Of a stretch of 64,000 bases of DNA, positions 39,832 to 49,612 are shown one piece after another. Every line of letters starts with the position of its first letter. The first letter of the stretch is position 1. The position numbers and the translations under genes were made by a program. Location of the stretch: the NCBI GenBank assembly GCA_963933835.1, contig CAWVVV010000003.1:64001-128000 (forward strand), written 5' to 3'. This DNA comes from an uncultured Puniceicoccaceae bacterium (GTDB lineage: Bacteria > Verrucomicrobiota > Verrucomicrobiia > Opitutales > Oceanipulchritudinaceae). The notes below the pieces were generated by a model. The model was not told where the DNA came from, searched no databases, and saw nothing but the letters and a program-made list of their open reading frames with translations.

Positions 39832-41220
39832 CTAAACCGCCTTGCACGGGAGCATCGCTGCGTCGCGCATTCCGTGGATGATCTTTTTGTCTGCAGGGCA
39901 CACGGTGGCGAGGATTCCCCCAAGGGTCGTCTTTTCGCCCTCGACGAAATAATAGGGGCATAAGCGCACCCGCCCCTCCATTGAATAAGTCTTTTCAGCC
40001 TCGGCGAAGATCGGGTGCTGAATCCGGCGGGGTTTCTCGTAGGCCTGCAGGATCGAAAGATTCACTCCTGATTCACTGAGCGCATCATTGAGACCGTCCG
40101 ACCATTCAACTCTAGAAGCATCTGAGCCATAGAGGACGCTGCGCGCCCCCCAGGCATTCTCGTGGAAGCCACTGAGTTTGATGATGAGGTTACGTTCTTT
40201 CTGTGACGCTTCCGCCAATTGCTCCCAGCGATGAATCGGATGCCCGCCCACCTCAGGCGCATCGAGCACCGCATTCGGTGGTAGATCGACAGGATCCATG
40301 ATCCAGCCGCGGGGGACGATTTTGCGCAGCGTTTTGAGCGCCCGTTTACTGAGCTGCTCGCGCCAGAAGTCCTGAAGGCGGGGATGATGAAAGAGCGCCA
40401 AATTCAGTTTCTCTTCCTGGAAAGGCCGCATCGGGGGCGTGACCACAAGGGCCGACGTATCGATGTGATCGAAGATGAAGTCTTTGAGGGCGAGGTTGGG
40501 AAGATCGAAGAGCTCCCAGAATCGATAGACGATGTCGATTTCCTCAGGGTTGCCATCGATGTCAGCACACAGGCTTTCACCCAAAGGCATGAGGTCAGAC
40601 GGGTGGATCGAGTGGACGCGGTAGCCCTTGGACTGGAGTTGAAGAGCCAGCCAGTCCATCTCGGGCCGATAGGTCGCGGCTTCGTCAGACACCACGATCA
40701 CGATGAGCGGATTTGAAACATCCGACCGTTGTCCTGCCAAGGCTCCATAAAAGGCCTCCAGCATGCCGTCCTTACCGCCAATGATCTCCCCGTCGCCAAG
40801 GTAAAGCTGGTTAAGAAACGCCGTCAGGCCGATCCCGCCGGGGACTGAGTCCATTTCAGTGAGAGCGAAGCCATCGTCGGTGATCAGGAGGTCAGGCCGG
40901 ATTACAACCGGGCAGCGCCCTTTCACCTTATCCGAGCGTGCATGGCGCAAAAGCCCCTCTGGTTTCCCGCGATCGAGGTAGTCAACGACCCAAGGCGTGC
41001 GCAGCTTGCGATTGCGAAGGATGTTCTTATCCGTCGCCGAACGCAGGTAGAGAAACTCAAGCGCGCGGTAAAATTCGGCACACGCCTGCCCGATCGATTC
41101 GATCTCACGCAGTTGTGGTGCAGTGATCGGAAAGGCTTCGGGCGAGAGCTTCCAGGTCTTGTCTTCGAAGAGCTCTTGGCCTGCAAGAGCGGTGCGAATC
41201 TGTTCAAAGGTCAAAGGCAT
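39832..41220 (-). CDS. ATP-grasp-like (glutathionylspermidine-synthase-like) ligase, substrate unknown
   Basis: IRPDLL, TEMDSVPGG, YRFWE, EEK, IIKLSG..E..WGARSV, ILQAY. Confidence 0.65.
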   Translation of the reverse strand: MPLTFEQIRTALAGQELFEDKTWKLSPEAFPITAPQLREIESIGQACAEFYRALEFLYLRSATDKNILRNRKLRTPWVVDYLDRGKPEGLLRHARSDKVKGRCPVVIRPDLLITDDGFALTEMDSVPGGIGLTAFLNQLYLGDGEIIGGKDGMLEAFYGALAGQRSDVSNPLIVIVVSDEAATYRPEMDWLALQLQSKGYRVHSIHPSDLMPLGESLCADIDGNPEEIDIVYRFWELFDLPNLALKDFIFDHIDTSALVVTPPMRPFQEEKLNLALFHHPRLQDFWREQLSKRALKTLRKIVPRGWIMDPVDLPPNAVLDAPEVGGHPIHRWEQLAEASQKERNLIIKLSGFHENAWGARSVLYGSDASRVEWSDGLNDALSESGVNLSILQAYEKPRRIQHPIFAEAEKTYSMEGRVRLCPYYFVEGEKTTLGGILATVCPADKKIIHGMRDAAMLPCKAV

Positions 41221-41223
41221 CGA

Positions 41224-42370
41224 TCAATCTTCCATCTTGATGTCCTTGTTGCGCTGACGGGGACAGCCCGCTCTCAGCCATGCATGAATGAAGCGCTCAA
41301 GGTCACCATCCATTACACCCTGAACGTTCGAAGTGTCCACTCCGGTACGCAGATCTTTCACCATCTGGTAGGGCTGGAAGACGTAGGATCGGATCTGATT
41401 CCCCCACCCGATCTCACCTTTTTCGCCGTAGAATTTCTCCATCGAAGCCCGCTTTTCATCCTCTCGTTTTTCGAAGAGGCGGCTTTTGAGCATCTTCAAG
41501 GCGGTGGCTCGATTTTTCATCTGTGAGCGCTCGTTTTGACACTGTACTGCAATGCCCGTGGGCAGGTGTGTCATGCGCACTGCCGAGTCGGTTTTATTCA
41601 CGTGTTGGCCACCTTTTCCGGACGCTCGGTAAGTATCAACGCGGAGCTCTTCATCCTTGATCTCGAGATCAATATTATCGGTCACTTCCGCGATCACATC
41701 GACCGCACAGAACGAGGTATGGCGGCGTGAATTGGAGTCAAAAGGACTGATACGAACGAGTCGGTGCACCCCACGCTCAGCCTTCGCATAGCCATAAGCG
41801 TTTTCGCCCATGATGCGAATCGTAGCATGGCTGATCCCCGCCTCTTCACCAGGGGCGATATCATCGACTTCGACCGTGTAGCCGGCGCGTTCCGCCCAGC
41901 GCGAATACATCCGCAGAAGCATCTCGGCCCAATCGCAACTCTCCGTTCCACCCGCTCCAGCGTTGATACTGAGGATGGCGTTATTGCGGTCCATTTTACC
42001 ACTCAGGAAGCTCTGGAGTTCAAGTGCCTCCAGTTTTGATGCCAGCTCGGAAACCGTTTTAACGAACTCAGCCTCCAGTTCTGCACCCTCATCGCCGTCA
42101 GCCATTTCAAGTAATTCATCGACGGCTGAAAGGTCTTCAAGGCGCTGCTTGAAGTCGACGAGCGGTTTGATTGAGGACTTAAGCTGACTTACCTCTGTGG
42201 CGATAGCATTCGCTCTTTGTTGGTCGTCCCAGAAACCCGCATCGCCCATCCGGGCCTCATGGTCTTGAATCGTTTTCTGCTGGGCAGGGACGTCAAAGAT
42301 ACCTCCATAGATACCCAGATCGCTTGGTCAGTTCTTCTCGTTGCTGACGGACTTCAGGATCAATCGCCAT
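41224..42370 (-). CDS. prfB: peptide chain release factor 2 with programmed +1 frameshift
   Basis: SPF and GGQ motifs; a 25-codon first frame ends at CTT TGA C (42292-42298) with GGAGG just upstream. Confidence 0.98.
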
Positions 42371-42472
42371 ATAGAACGAAGGTGAGTGCCCCGAAAGAGT
42401 TTACAACGCTGAAAGAGGCTTTTAACGCCCCAATTCAGCACCTCTATCTAAGCGGCTTAAGAACGCCTAGCC

Positions 42473-43189
42473 CTAGCGCTGAAAGTAAACAATCCGACCA
42501 CAATTCGAACAACGGATAAGCTGCTGACCTCGGCGAGCCTCACTTTCGACTTCACTTTCAACCTTAATATGACAGCCGGAGCATTTCGCCGCATTGACTG
42601 TGACGATGATCGGGAAGCGAGCCTTCACCTGTCTACAGACAAAGTCGTATTGCTGAAGCGCAGAGGTGTCATCGATATCACCACGGGCTTTCTCAACCGT
42701 CGCCTTCGTCTCATCCAGCTCAGCTTCGTTCACCTCTAAGCCTTGGTTGATGGTTGCGATCTGAGCTTCGAAGGTAGTCGTCGCCTTGGTCATCTCCTCT
42801 TTCAGTCGAGCGAGAACTGTTTCTGATCTTTCAATCTCATCGAGAAACTCGATTTCTTCTGTCTCTTGTTCGTCGATCGAACCAAGGATCGTCTTGATCT
42901 CATGCTCAAGCGCGTCGTATTCGTCCTGCTTTTTAATCTCGAGCTGCTGGGTGCGGTATTTGACGACTTTGTCCTGTGCCAATTCAACTTCACCCTCCAT
43001 CCCTAAGCGCTTCGCTTCGAGGTCTTTGATCGCACTTTCCGCCTCCGCGACCCTCTCCTTTGCTTTCGCGATTTCGCTCTCAGCCTTAGCCTTCTCGAGT
43101 GGCCATTGCTTCAAACTCGTCTCGAGTTGACGAAGCCGTTGGTCGCGATCCTGTAGAATTAATAGCTTAGCGAGCGCTGGAAAACCCAT
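42473..43189 (-). CDS. coiled-coil C4 zinc-ribbon protein (DUF164/CT398-like)
   Basis: LLILQDRD start, long coiled coil, CSGCH and CSNCGRI. Confidence 0.88.
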   Translation of the reverse strand: MGFPALAKLLILQDRDQRLRQLETSLKQWPLEKAKAESEIAKAKERVAEAESAIKDLEAKRLGMEGEVELAQDKVVKYRTQQLEIKKQDEYDALEHEIKTILGSIDEQETEEIEFLDEIERSETVLARLKEEMTKATTTFEAQIATINQGLEVNEAELDETKATVEKARGDIDDTSALQQYDFVCRQVKARFPIIVTVNAAKCSGCHIKVESEVESEARRGQQLIRCSNCGRIVYFQR

Positions 43190-43249
43190 GTCACTGGATA
43201 GAGCGACGACGCCGATAGGTTGGCAAGTTCGAAGGCCACTCCCTACGAC

Positions 43250-44329
43250 CTAAAGTCTGTCTAGAAATCCCAATACAGCGCGTGCCTGTTGCAGAGGCGA
43301 AAACCTCGACCGTGACCAGCGACACGCAGCCCGCCCCATGCTTTCACGCAAGCTACGGTTTTCGACGAGCGTAGACAGTGCTTTTCGGAAGCCGAGAAGA
43401 TCACCGGGAGGGATGAGGAATCCACCAATCCCCGGTTCAAATGCCTCTCCTACGCCGCGAAAGTCCTCTGCGATGACGGGCAGTCCGGAGCTTTGCGCCT
43501 CGATCAGAAAGTTAGGCAATGAGTCTTCACGAGAAAGCGAGAGCGCCAGATCGGCCGCTGCGTAATGTGCCGCTGGATTTTCAATATAGCCGAAAAAACG
43601 GAGCTTACTTTCCAACCCGAGAGACTTCGCCAGGACCTCGCACTCAGTCCTGCAAGGGCCATCACCCACTAGCCAGAAGACCCAAGATCGGTCTTCAGCC
43701 TCCGCATCCCAGTTGGCTAGCTGCCGGATGAGCGTGGCTTGACGCTTTCCATGACGAAACGATGCAACTTGCAGTAATACCGTAGTCGAAGAATCGACCC
43801 CCTCGGTGTGCCGAAGAGCCTCTCCTTCTTCAGAGGGAGCCTGATCACTCAAGAGTGCGTTTGGAACCACCTCGATCGCTTCGCCAAGGCAATTCTGGAT
43901 CTTCAGGCGCTGTGCCCACCATCCTGTGTTAACTAGAATTCCGCTCACCCGACTCAGCGCCCAACGATGCCACGGTTGAAGTCGCTTACCCGTCCGAAGG
44001 GTAGACACTACGGGCGTGCAACGGAACTGTTGCTGAATCCAACCCGCATAACAGTTCGCCGATCGGCCCATGCAAAGGATGCGCTCGGGATGAGAGGCTT
44101 CAATCGCTTCGATCAAACCTGGTGCGTAAACGCTGATACCAGAATCCCATGATTGCAGGACGGTGACAGTGTAATCCTTTGCTCGCTGTTGCGGAAATAG
44201 CTCCCCCCCTGGGCGAAAAATAATGAGGTGCACTTCGTGGCCCTCCTCGACTGAGGCTCGAGCCAAATGCAGACTCTGCCTTTCTGTTCCACCAACCCTT
44301 AGCTGGTCTTGAATGATCGTTAAACGCAC
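43250..44329 (-). CDS. GT4 glycosyltransferase
   Basis: GGTERQ, VVPN, LVGDGP, EDSLPNFLIEA. Confidence 0.9.
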   Translation of the reverse strand: MRLTIIQDQLRVGGTERQSLHLARASVEEGHEVHLIIFRPGGELFPQQRAKDYTVTVLQSWDSGISVYAPGLIEAIEASHPERILCMGRSANCYAGWIQQQFRCTPVVSTLRTGKRLQPWHRWALSRVSGILVNTGWWAQRLKIQNCLGEAIEVVPNALLSDQAPSEEGEALRHTEGVDSSTTVLLQVASFRHGKRQATLIRQLANWDAEAEDRSWVFWLVGDGPCRTECEVLAKSLGLESKLRFFGYIENPAAHYAAADLALSLSREDSLPNFLIEAQSSGLPVIAEDFRGVGEAFEPGIGGFLIPPGDLLGFRKALSTLVENRSLRESMGRAACRWSRSRFSPLQQARAVLGFLDRL

Positions 44330-44343
44330 GTCGCAAAATTTGA

Positions 44344-45153
44344 CTAGAGGCCGTAGTATTTCAATATGCGACGGCGCATAAAATCAGAAGGCAGGAGGCG
44401 GGCCGCAGCTGAAGCGACCTGACATTCAAACCAGGAACCTGAGCGCAAGATACCGGTATTCCCACTGCGGAGATAGCGATAGAGGTCAGCGGCAGCCCGT
44501 TCTGGTTTCGATCCCTTTGCCACCTTTTCACGCACGGCATCCCAGGCTTCGGTTTCTCGGCGGCTAAGATTGTCTGCGACGACAGAGCTGGCATAAAATT
44601 CGGTTTTGAAATCACCAGGGCGAAAATCAACAACCTGAATCGCAGTCTCACTCAGATCGAGCATCAGACTCTGCGTAAACCCAGCTAGGCCTGCTTTCGC
44701 TGCATTATAGAGCGGCAGGTATGGGATCGGTAGTTCGACCGCTAGTGAGGTCACGTTCACGATCGAACCTCGGTCTAACTTTCGCATCTGCGGCAAGACG
44801 GCTTGAGCGAGCGCAATCGGGGTCCTTAGCATGACCTGCAAGTGCTTCTCGTCAGCACCCAACGGAGCTTTTTCGATCGGACCAAAGTCGCTAAATCCAG
44901 CACAATTGATGAGGCTATCGATCTTGCCGAAATCAATTTCCCCAGAACTTAGAAGTTCGTTCACCGCATGCGGGTCGCTGAGATCACACTCGACCCATTC
45001 AACCCCTTCCAAAGGTTCGGCATTCAATCGGCTTCGTGTGATGCCAATCACCCGACCCCTACCTTTCACTAGTCGGTGCGTGATGGCTTGCCCGATGCCT
45101 CCGCTCGCTCCGGTAATCATTGCTGTCTTCTCTTCGAGCTTTCGTCTCGCCAT
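44344..45153 (-). CDS. short-chain dehydrogenase/reductase
   Basis: TGASGGIG, NCAG, YNAAK, PGDFKT. Confidence 0.93.
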   Translation of the reverse strand: MARRKLEEKTAMITGASGGIGQAITHRLVKGRGRVIGITRSRLNAEPLEGVEWVECDLSDPHAVNELLSSGEIDFGKIDSLINCAGFSDFGPIEKAPLGADEKHLQVMLRTPIALAQAVLPQMRKLDRGSIVNVTSLAVELPIPYLPLYNAAKAGLAGFTQSLMLDLSETAIQVVDFRPGDFKTEFYASSVVADNLSRRETEAWDAVREKVAKGSKPERAAADLYRYLRSGNTGILRSGSWFECQVASAAARLLPSDFMRRRILKYYGL

Positions 45154-45205
45154 CACCAAAGTACGCCAAAATGCTGGCACTCAATTTCTTGCGCAAGGAC
45201 AAACC

Positions 45206-48200
45206 ATGCCCCCTTCGCTCCTCATCCTAACCCACGAGTATCTACCGAAGCGCGCCGGGATCGCCACTTATGTGAGCGAGACTGCTCGTGCTGCATGGGA
45301 ACAAGGTTGGGACGTAACGATCCTCGCACCGCGCTACACGACCCCAGAAGCTAAAGAGCGCTTTCGCGTCATCCCGACGAAAGTTGCAGGAAAACAGGAT
45401 TGGCTCGATCGCCTCCGCATGAGGGAGGCTGTTCGCATCTTGGAGATTGATTGGAGTAAAATAACTCTCTGGCTTCCCGAACCAGGACCGCAACGCCTAT
45501 GGATGTATGCAAAGCTGCTCGGCCTGCCAAAACCAAAAGAACTCATCCTCACGCTCCACGGCTCCGAAATCCTTCGCTTTTCCACTCAATTATGGCGGCG
45601 CAAGCGATTCGCGAAGCTCCTTGAAAAGGCCGAGCTTGTAAGCGTCGTTTCATATTACACCAAAGAGCTCCTCGTCTCTCGTTACGGCCCATTGGATGGA
45701 AAAACAAAAGTCGTGTATGGCGCAGTCCGCCAAGACCTCTTGCAAGCGCTAGAAGCTACAAAACCGAGAACAAAAAGGACTGATCAGTTTATCGTCCTTA
45801 CCCTCGCGAGAATCCATCCCCGCAAAGCGCAAGACCGCGTTATCGACGCCATCGCACTGCTACCATCCCACCTACGGGAAAGCACCACCTACCGTCTAAT
45901 TGGTGGAATCGGGCAAAAGGCTTTTGCTACCGAACTACAGAAGAAAGCACAGGCACTTGGCGTCAGGCTAGAAGGCCCTATTTTGGCTAACTCAGCTGAA
46001 GCCATCGCGAAAGAACTGCGCGATGCCGACCTCATGATTCTCACCAGTAAAGAAGAACCCAACAGCGTAGAAAGCTTTGGACTTGTTTATTTGGAAGCGG
46101 CGGCGGCGGGTTGCCCCGTTGTTGCGATCGACTCAGGGGGCGTGAGCGAGGCCATCAGTCATCAAAGCGGATGTATTCTAAACTCCGCTACAGCGGAGTC
46201 TCTAAGCAAAAAACTCGAAGCGCTCCAATCGAACAAAACTCAACTTGGAGAATGGGCAAACGCAGGACCTACCTGGGCCAAACAATTCTCATGGAGCGCT
46301 ACGGCCTTAGAGATATTTGGCGACGGCACAACGAACGCAACCAATCGGCATTACACCAATGTCATCGCTGAACTTGAAAAGAGCCTGAAAGGCGTCGAGG
46401 CGGTGTCGCTCGACGTTTTCGATACCGCATTGCAAAGAGTTGTTTATCCCAAAGAGATTTTTGCTCTCGTCGAAGCCCGTGCGGTCGAAGCGTTCGGCCC
46501 GAATTTCAAAGGGTTCGCGGACTGCCGGATAGAAGCTGAAGCTCGCTCAAGGAAAGCATCTCCCGAAAGAGTGGCCCACGGAGAGGTGAATCTAGAAGAG
46601 ATCTATGCCGAACTTGTGAGACAAAATCCTCGTTGGCACGACCGTTGCAGTCGGCTCATCGAAATGGAATGGGAGGAGGAACTCCACGTCAGCCGCCCAC
46701 ACCCCCTAGGACAAGAGGTCTACCGCCAAGCCAAAAGCGCAGGCAAACGCGTCCTCTTCGTTTCCGACATGTATCTCGGATCTGATCGTATCGAAGCGTT
46801 ACTACAACATAACGGATACAAGGAACCTACCGTCTTATGTTCAGCAGATCATTTGTGCAGCAAAGACAAAGGGACACTTTACCCGATCGTCGCTAAAACC
46901 CTCAATCTCTCACCCAGCAAAATCATCCATGTAGGCGATAATGCAAAAAGCGACTACAGGAGAGCGAAAGATGCCGGTTTCCAAGCACTCGCATTGCGCC
47001 CACCGGACAAAGCTCCCCAAGATGCGAAACACTTTAAACAAATAGACTCTGCTTCAATTTTCAGCCGAGGACTCACGACAAGAAAGCACTACCTCTATAA
47101 CATCGGAACAGACTCATCCACTCCACCGGGTTATCAGATTGGATATACCGTCCTTGGTCCCTTTGCCTATGGGCTTTGCCGCTGGCTTGTTGATGAAATG
47201 CAGAAGCGCGGCACAGACCTGCTTCTTTGTTTAGGCCGAGATGGGCACATGCCCTACACCATCCTACGACAATGGCAGAAAGAATACGGCCTTCTCCCTG
47301 ATACACGAATCGAGTATTTTCACTGCTCGCGGCGAGCTTGCACACTAGCATTGGCTGGCGACGGCATGAGTCCTCTCGTCCTAAAGACGCTATCCCAACA
47401 CCGGCGCAGCGTCCCCGTTCGTGACTATCTAGAACGGATTGGCCTAGAACCCGAAGATCATATCGAAGCAGTTAAAGGCGCAGGCTTTAGTTCCCTAGAT
47501 GAAGTCGTTCATCGAAAAGAAGGACGGCCACAAATGGAACTGCTGTTCAAAAGCCTCGAAGCCCCTCTCAAAGTCCTCGGCCATGAAGAAAAGACAAACC
47601 TTGTCGAGTCTCTCCGTATCAAAGGACTGGATACATCAAAAGCCCCAGCTCTTTTCGATCTAGGGTGGCGCGGCACTCAACAATCTGCCTTGCAGGCGAT
47701 TCTGACTGACTACCCATCTCTCCATGGGTACTATTTGAGTATTGCAGATTCACACGCGAAAAAGGGCACGACACAGGGTTATCTCGTCGAAGATGGAGAG
47801 CCTAATCTCATGCGAGGCGCCCTCGAAGCTGCCATCCCAGTTCTCGAACTTCTTTACTCAAGCCCCGAACCAAGCTTCCTCTACTACAAAAAGGACGGAG
47901 ATAAAATCACGCCCGTTTTCGATTCAATCAATCCAAATTCCGATGAGATCGAGAAACTCCATAACGGAGCAAGTGCATTTATAACGGACATAACCAATCT
48001 GGAGAACGGTCCAAACCTTAAGCTATCAACCAATTCGGCAGCAGCCCCGTTCCTTTCAATGGCTCTTAATCCAACGAGAGAGCAGGCAGATTACCTCTCT
48101 CAGCTCGTTTTCTCGGATGCCCTAGGAAAAGAACGGCCCACCATTTTGACTAAGGTAAAGCCTCCGAAGCTGCGGGAATTTATTTTCGACTATCAATACT

Positions 48201-48337
48201 TTTTCGAACGCTACTCCCAGACGGCGTGGCGAGCCTACTTCATCCAGCAAATGTCAGTAGCTGCTCGAATATGGGTGACACCTTGGTCACCTTCGTTTCG
48301 TCGTATCCGCAAAGCGATCCGTGTCTTTGGCGGATGA
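45206..48337 (+). CDS. GT4 - HAD phosphatase - PRTase-like fusion (1043 aa)
   Basis: GT4 ESFGLVYLEA; HAD SLDVFDT, VSDMY, HVGDN..SD; then GRDG and FDLGWRGTQQ; ATG 45206 with AAGGA. Confidence 0.85.
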   Translation: MPPSLLILTHEYLPKRAGIATYVSETARAAWEQGWDVTILAPRYTTPEAKERFRVIPTKVAGKQDWLDRLRMREAVRILEIDWSKITLWLPEPGPQRLWMYAKLLGLPKPKELILTLHGSEILRFSTQLWRRKRFAKLLEKAELVSVVSYYTKELLVSRYGPLDGKTKVVYGAVRQDLLQALEATKPRTKRTDQFIVLTLARIHPRKAQDRVIDAIALLPSHLRESTTYRLIGGIGQKAFATELQKKAQALGVRLEGPILANSAEAIAKELRDADLMILTSKEEPNSVESFGLVYLEAAAAGCPVVAIDSGGVSEAISHQSGCILNSATAESLSKKLEALQSNKTQLGEWANAGPTWAKQFSWSATALEIFGDGTTNATNRHYTNVIAELEKSLKGVEAVSLDVFDTALQRVVYPKEIFALVEARAVEAFGPNFKGFADCRIEAEARSRKASPERVAHGEVNLEEIYAELVRQNPRWHDRCSRLIEMEWEEELHVSRPHPLGQEVYRQAKSAGKRVLFVSDMYLGSDRIEALLQHNGYKEPTVLCSADHLCSKDKGTLYPIVAKTLNLSPSKIIHVGDNAKSDYRRAKDAGFQALALRPPDKAPQDAKHFKQIDSASIFSRGLTTRKHYLYNIGTDSSTPPGYQIGYTVLGPFAYGLCRWLVDEMQKRGTDLLLCLGRDGHMPYTILRQWQKEYGLLPDTRIEYFHCSRRACTLALAGDGMSPLVLKTLSQHRRSVPVRDYLERIGLEPEDHIEAVKGAGFSSLDEVVHRKEGRPQMELLFKSLEAPLKVLGHEEKTNLVESLRIKGLDTSKAPALFDLGWRGTQQSALQAILTDYPSLHGYYLSIADSHAKKGTTQGYLVEDGEPNLMRGALEAAIPVLELLYSSPEPSFLYYKKDGDKITPVFDSINPNSDEIEKLHNGASAFITDITNLENGPNLKLSTNSAAAPFLSMALNPTREQADYLSQLVFSDALGKERPTILTKVKPPKLREFIFDYQYFFERYSQTAWRAYFIQQMSVAARIWVTPWSPSFRRIRKAIRVFGG

Positions 48338-48348
48338 GGATGACCCGA

Positions 48349-49536
48349 CTAAAGCGCCTTACTTAGGGCTTCGACAGCAAAATCGATATCTTCTGCTGTG
48401 TGGCGTGCAGATACAGCTGTCCGCAAAAGATCTTTGCCCGGTGGCACAGCAGGAGCGATCGCCATCACTGTGAAAACACCATTTTTAAGCAATTTACGCC
48501 AAACATTGTAAGCTCGATCTCGACTACCCAAGACAAGAGGAACCGCAGGCGTTTCGCTATCCCATGTATCAACATCGAGCTGATTAAGGAGTCGCTTGTA
48601 ATAGCGTGTATTCTCCCAAAGTCGTTCGCGATGCTCAGGTTCTGTCTTCAAAATATCAATACATGCGGAAGCAATCGCTGCCTGTGATGGAGAAATCGCA
48701 GCACTGAATATCGCCTGCTTCGAATGCGTGCGCAGATACTCAATCAGCTCTTTCGATCCAGCAACGTAGCCGCCCGTCGAGGCGAGTGACTTCGAGAGAC
48801 TTCCACAGATCACATCGACCTCATGAGTACAATCGAGATAGCCCGCAGTGCCCTGCCCTCGATCGCCCAGCACACCCAAACCATGCGCGTCATCGAGAAT
48901 ATAGAAGCAACCATGCGGACGACCAACGTCTACAATTTGGGGGATGGGAGCAATGTGACCCTCCATCGAGTAAACACCCTCGAGGACGACAATCTTCGCC
49001 CGGTCACGCTTCTCACTCACTAAAATATCCTGAAGGTCTGCCGGATCGTTGTGGCCGAATCGCTCGACACGTGCTCCGCTGAGTTTAATTCCCGACCAAA
49101 GCGAAGAGTGCACGTTGCGGTCTACAAGGATAAGGTCGCCCATCTGCGAGAAGGTGCAAATCGCCGCCATGCAGGATAGATACCCCGCCGAAAATACCAT
49201 GCAGTCTTCTTTACCAAGAAATGATGCCAACTTCTCTTCCAATTCACCGTGGATCGACCGCGAGCCGTTTGCGAGTCGAGCCCCTGTCGTACTTGTGCCC
49301 CATTTAGCGAGTGCTTTTTGCCCCGCTTCGATGACTTTTGGGTGGTGAGAAAGTCCGAGGTAGTCGTTGCTCGAAAGCATCAAGTAACGTTTGTCGCCCT
49401 TGTAGACGTAAACGCCCTCTTCTCGGTCGAAGCTTCGATACCAAAGGTCATATTTCAGGCGTGCCTTCGTAGATTCGTCTTCATGACATCTACGTTCGAT
49501 ATTGCTGCGGTAACTAGGGCGGGATCGAAAAGGCAC
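48349..49536 (-). CDS. alpha-oxoamine synthase, serine palmitoyltransferase-like
   Basis: SSNDYLGL, GTSTTGARLANG, VHSSL, EGVYSMEG, DDAHG, GSLSKSL (PLP Lys). Confidence 0.85.
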   Translation of the reverse strand: MPFRSRPSYRSNIERRCHEDESTKARLKYDLWYRSFDREEGVYVYKGDKRYLMLSSNDYLGLSHHPKVIEAGQKALAKWGTSTTGARLANGSRSIHGELEEKLASFLGKEDCMVFSAGYLSCMAAICTFSQMGDLILVDRNVHSSLWSGIKLSGARVERFGHNDPADLQDILVSEKRDRAKIVVLEGVYSMEGHIAPIPQIVDVGRPHGCFYILDDAHGLGVLGDRGQGTAGYLDCTHEVDVICGSLSKSLASTGGYVAGSKELIEYLRTHSKQAIFSAAISPSQAAIASACIDILKTEPEHRERLWENTRYYKRLLNQLDVDTWDSETPAVPLVLGSRDRAYNVWRKLLKNGVFTVMAIAPAVPPGKDLLRTAVSARHTAEDIDFAVEALSKAL

Positions 49537-49612
49537 GGGAAGCTTTCTTTAAAGGTTACGGCTATCAAAACAGACGGCCCACCAAGTGCAAGTCATTGAG
49601 ATCGACCCCCTC

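Noticed and set aside
44831..45205. 125-codon N-terminal extension of the 1168-aa ORF
   Set aside because: It is mostly antisense to the SDR gene; ATG 45206 has an RBS and begins the GT4 fold.
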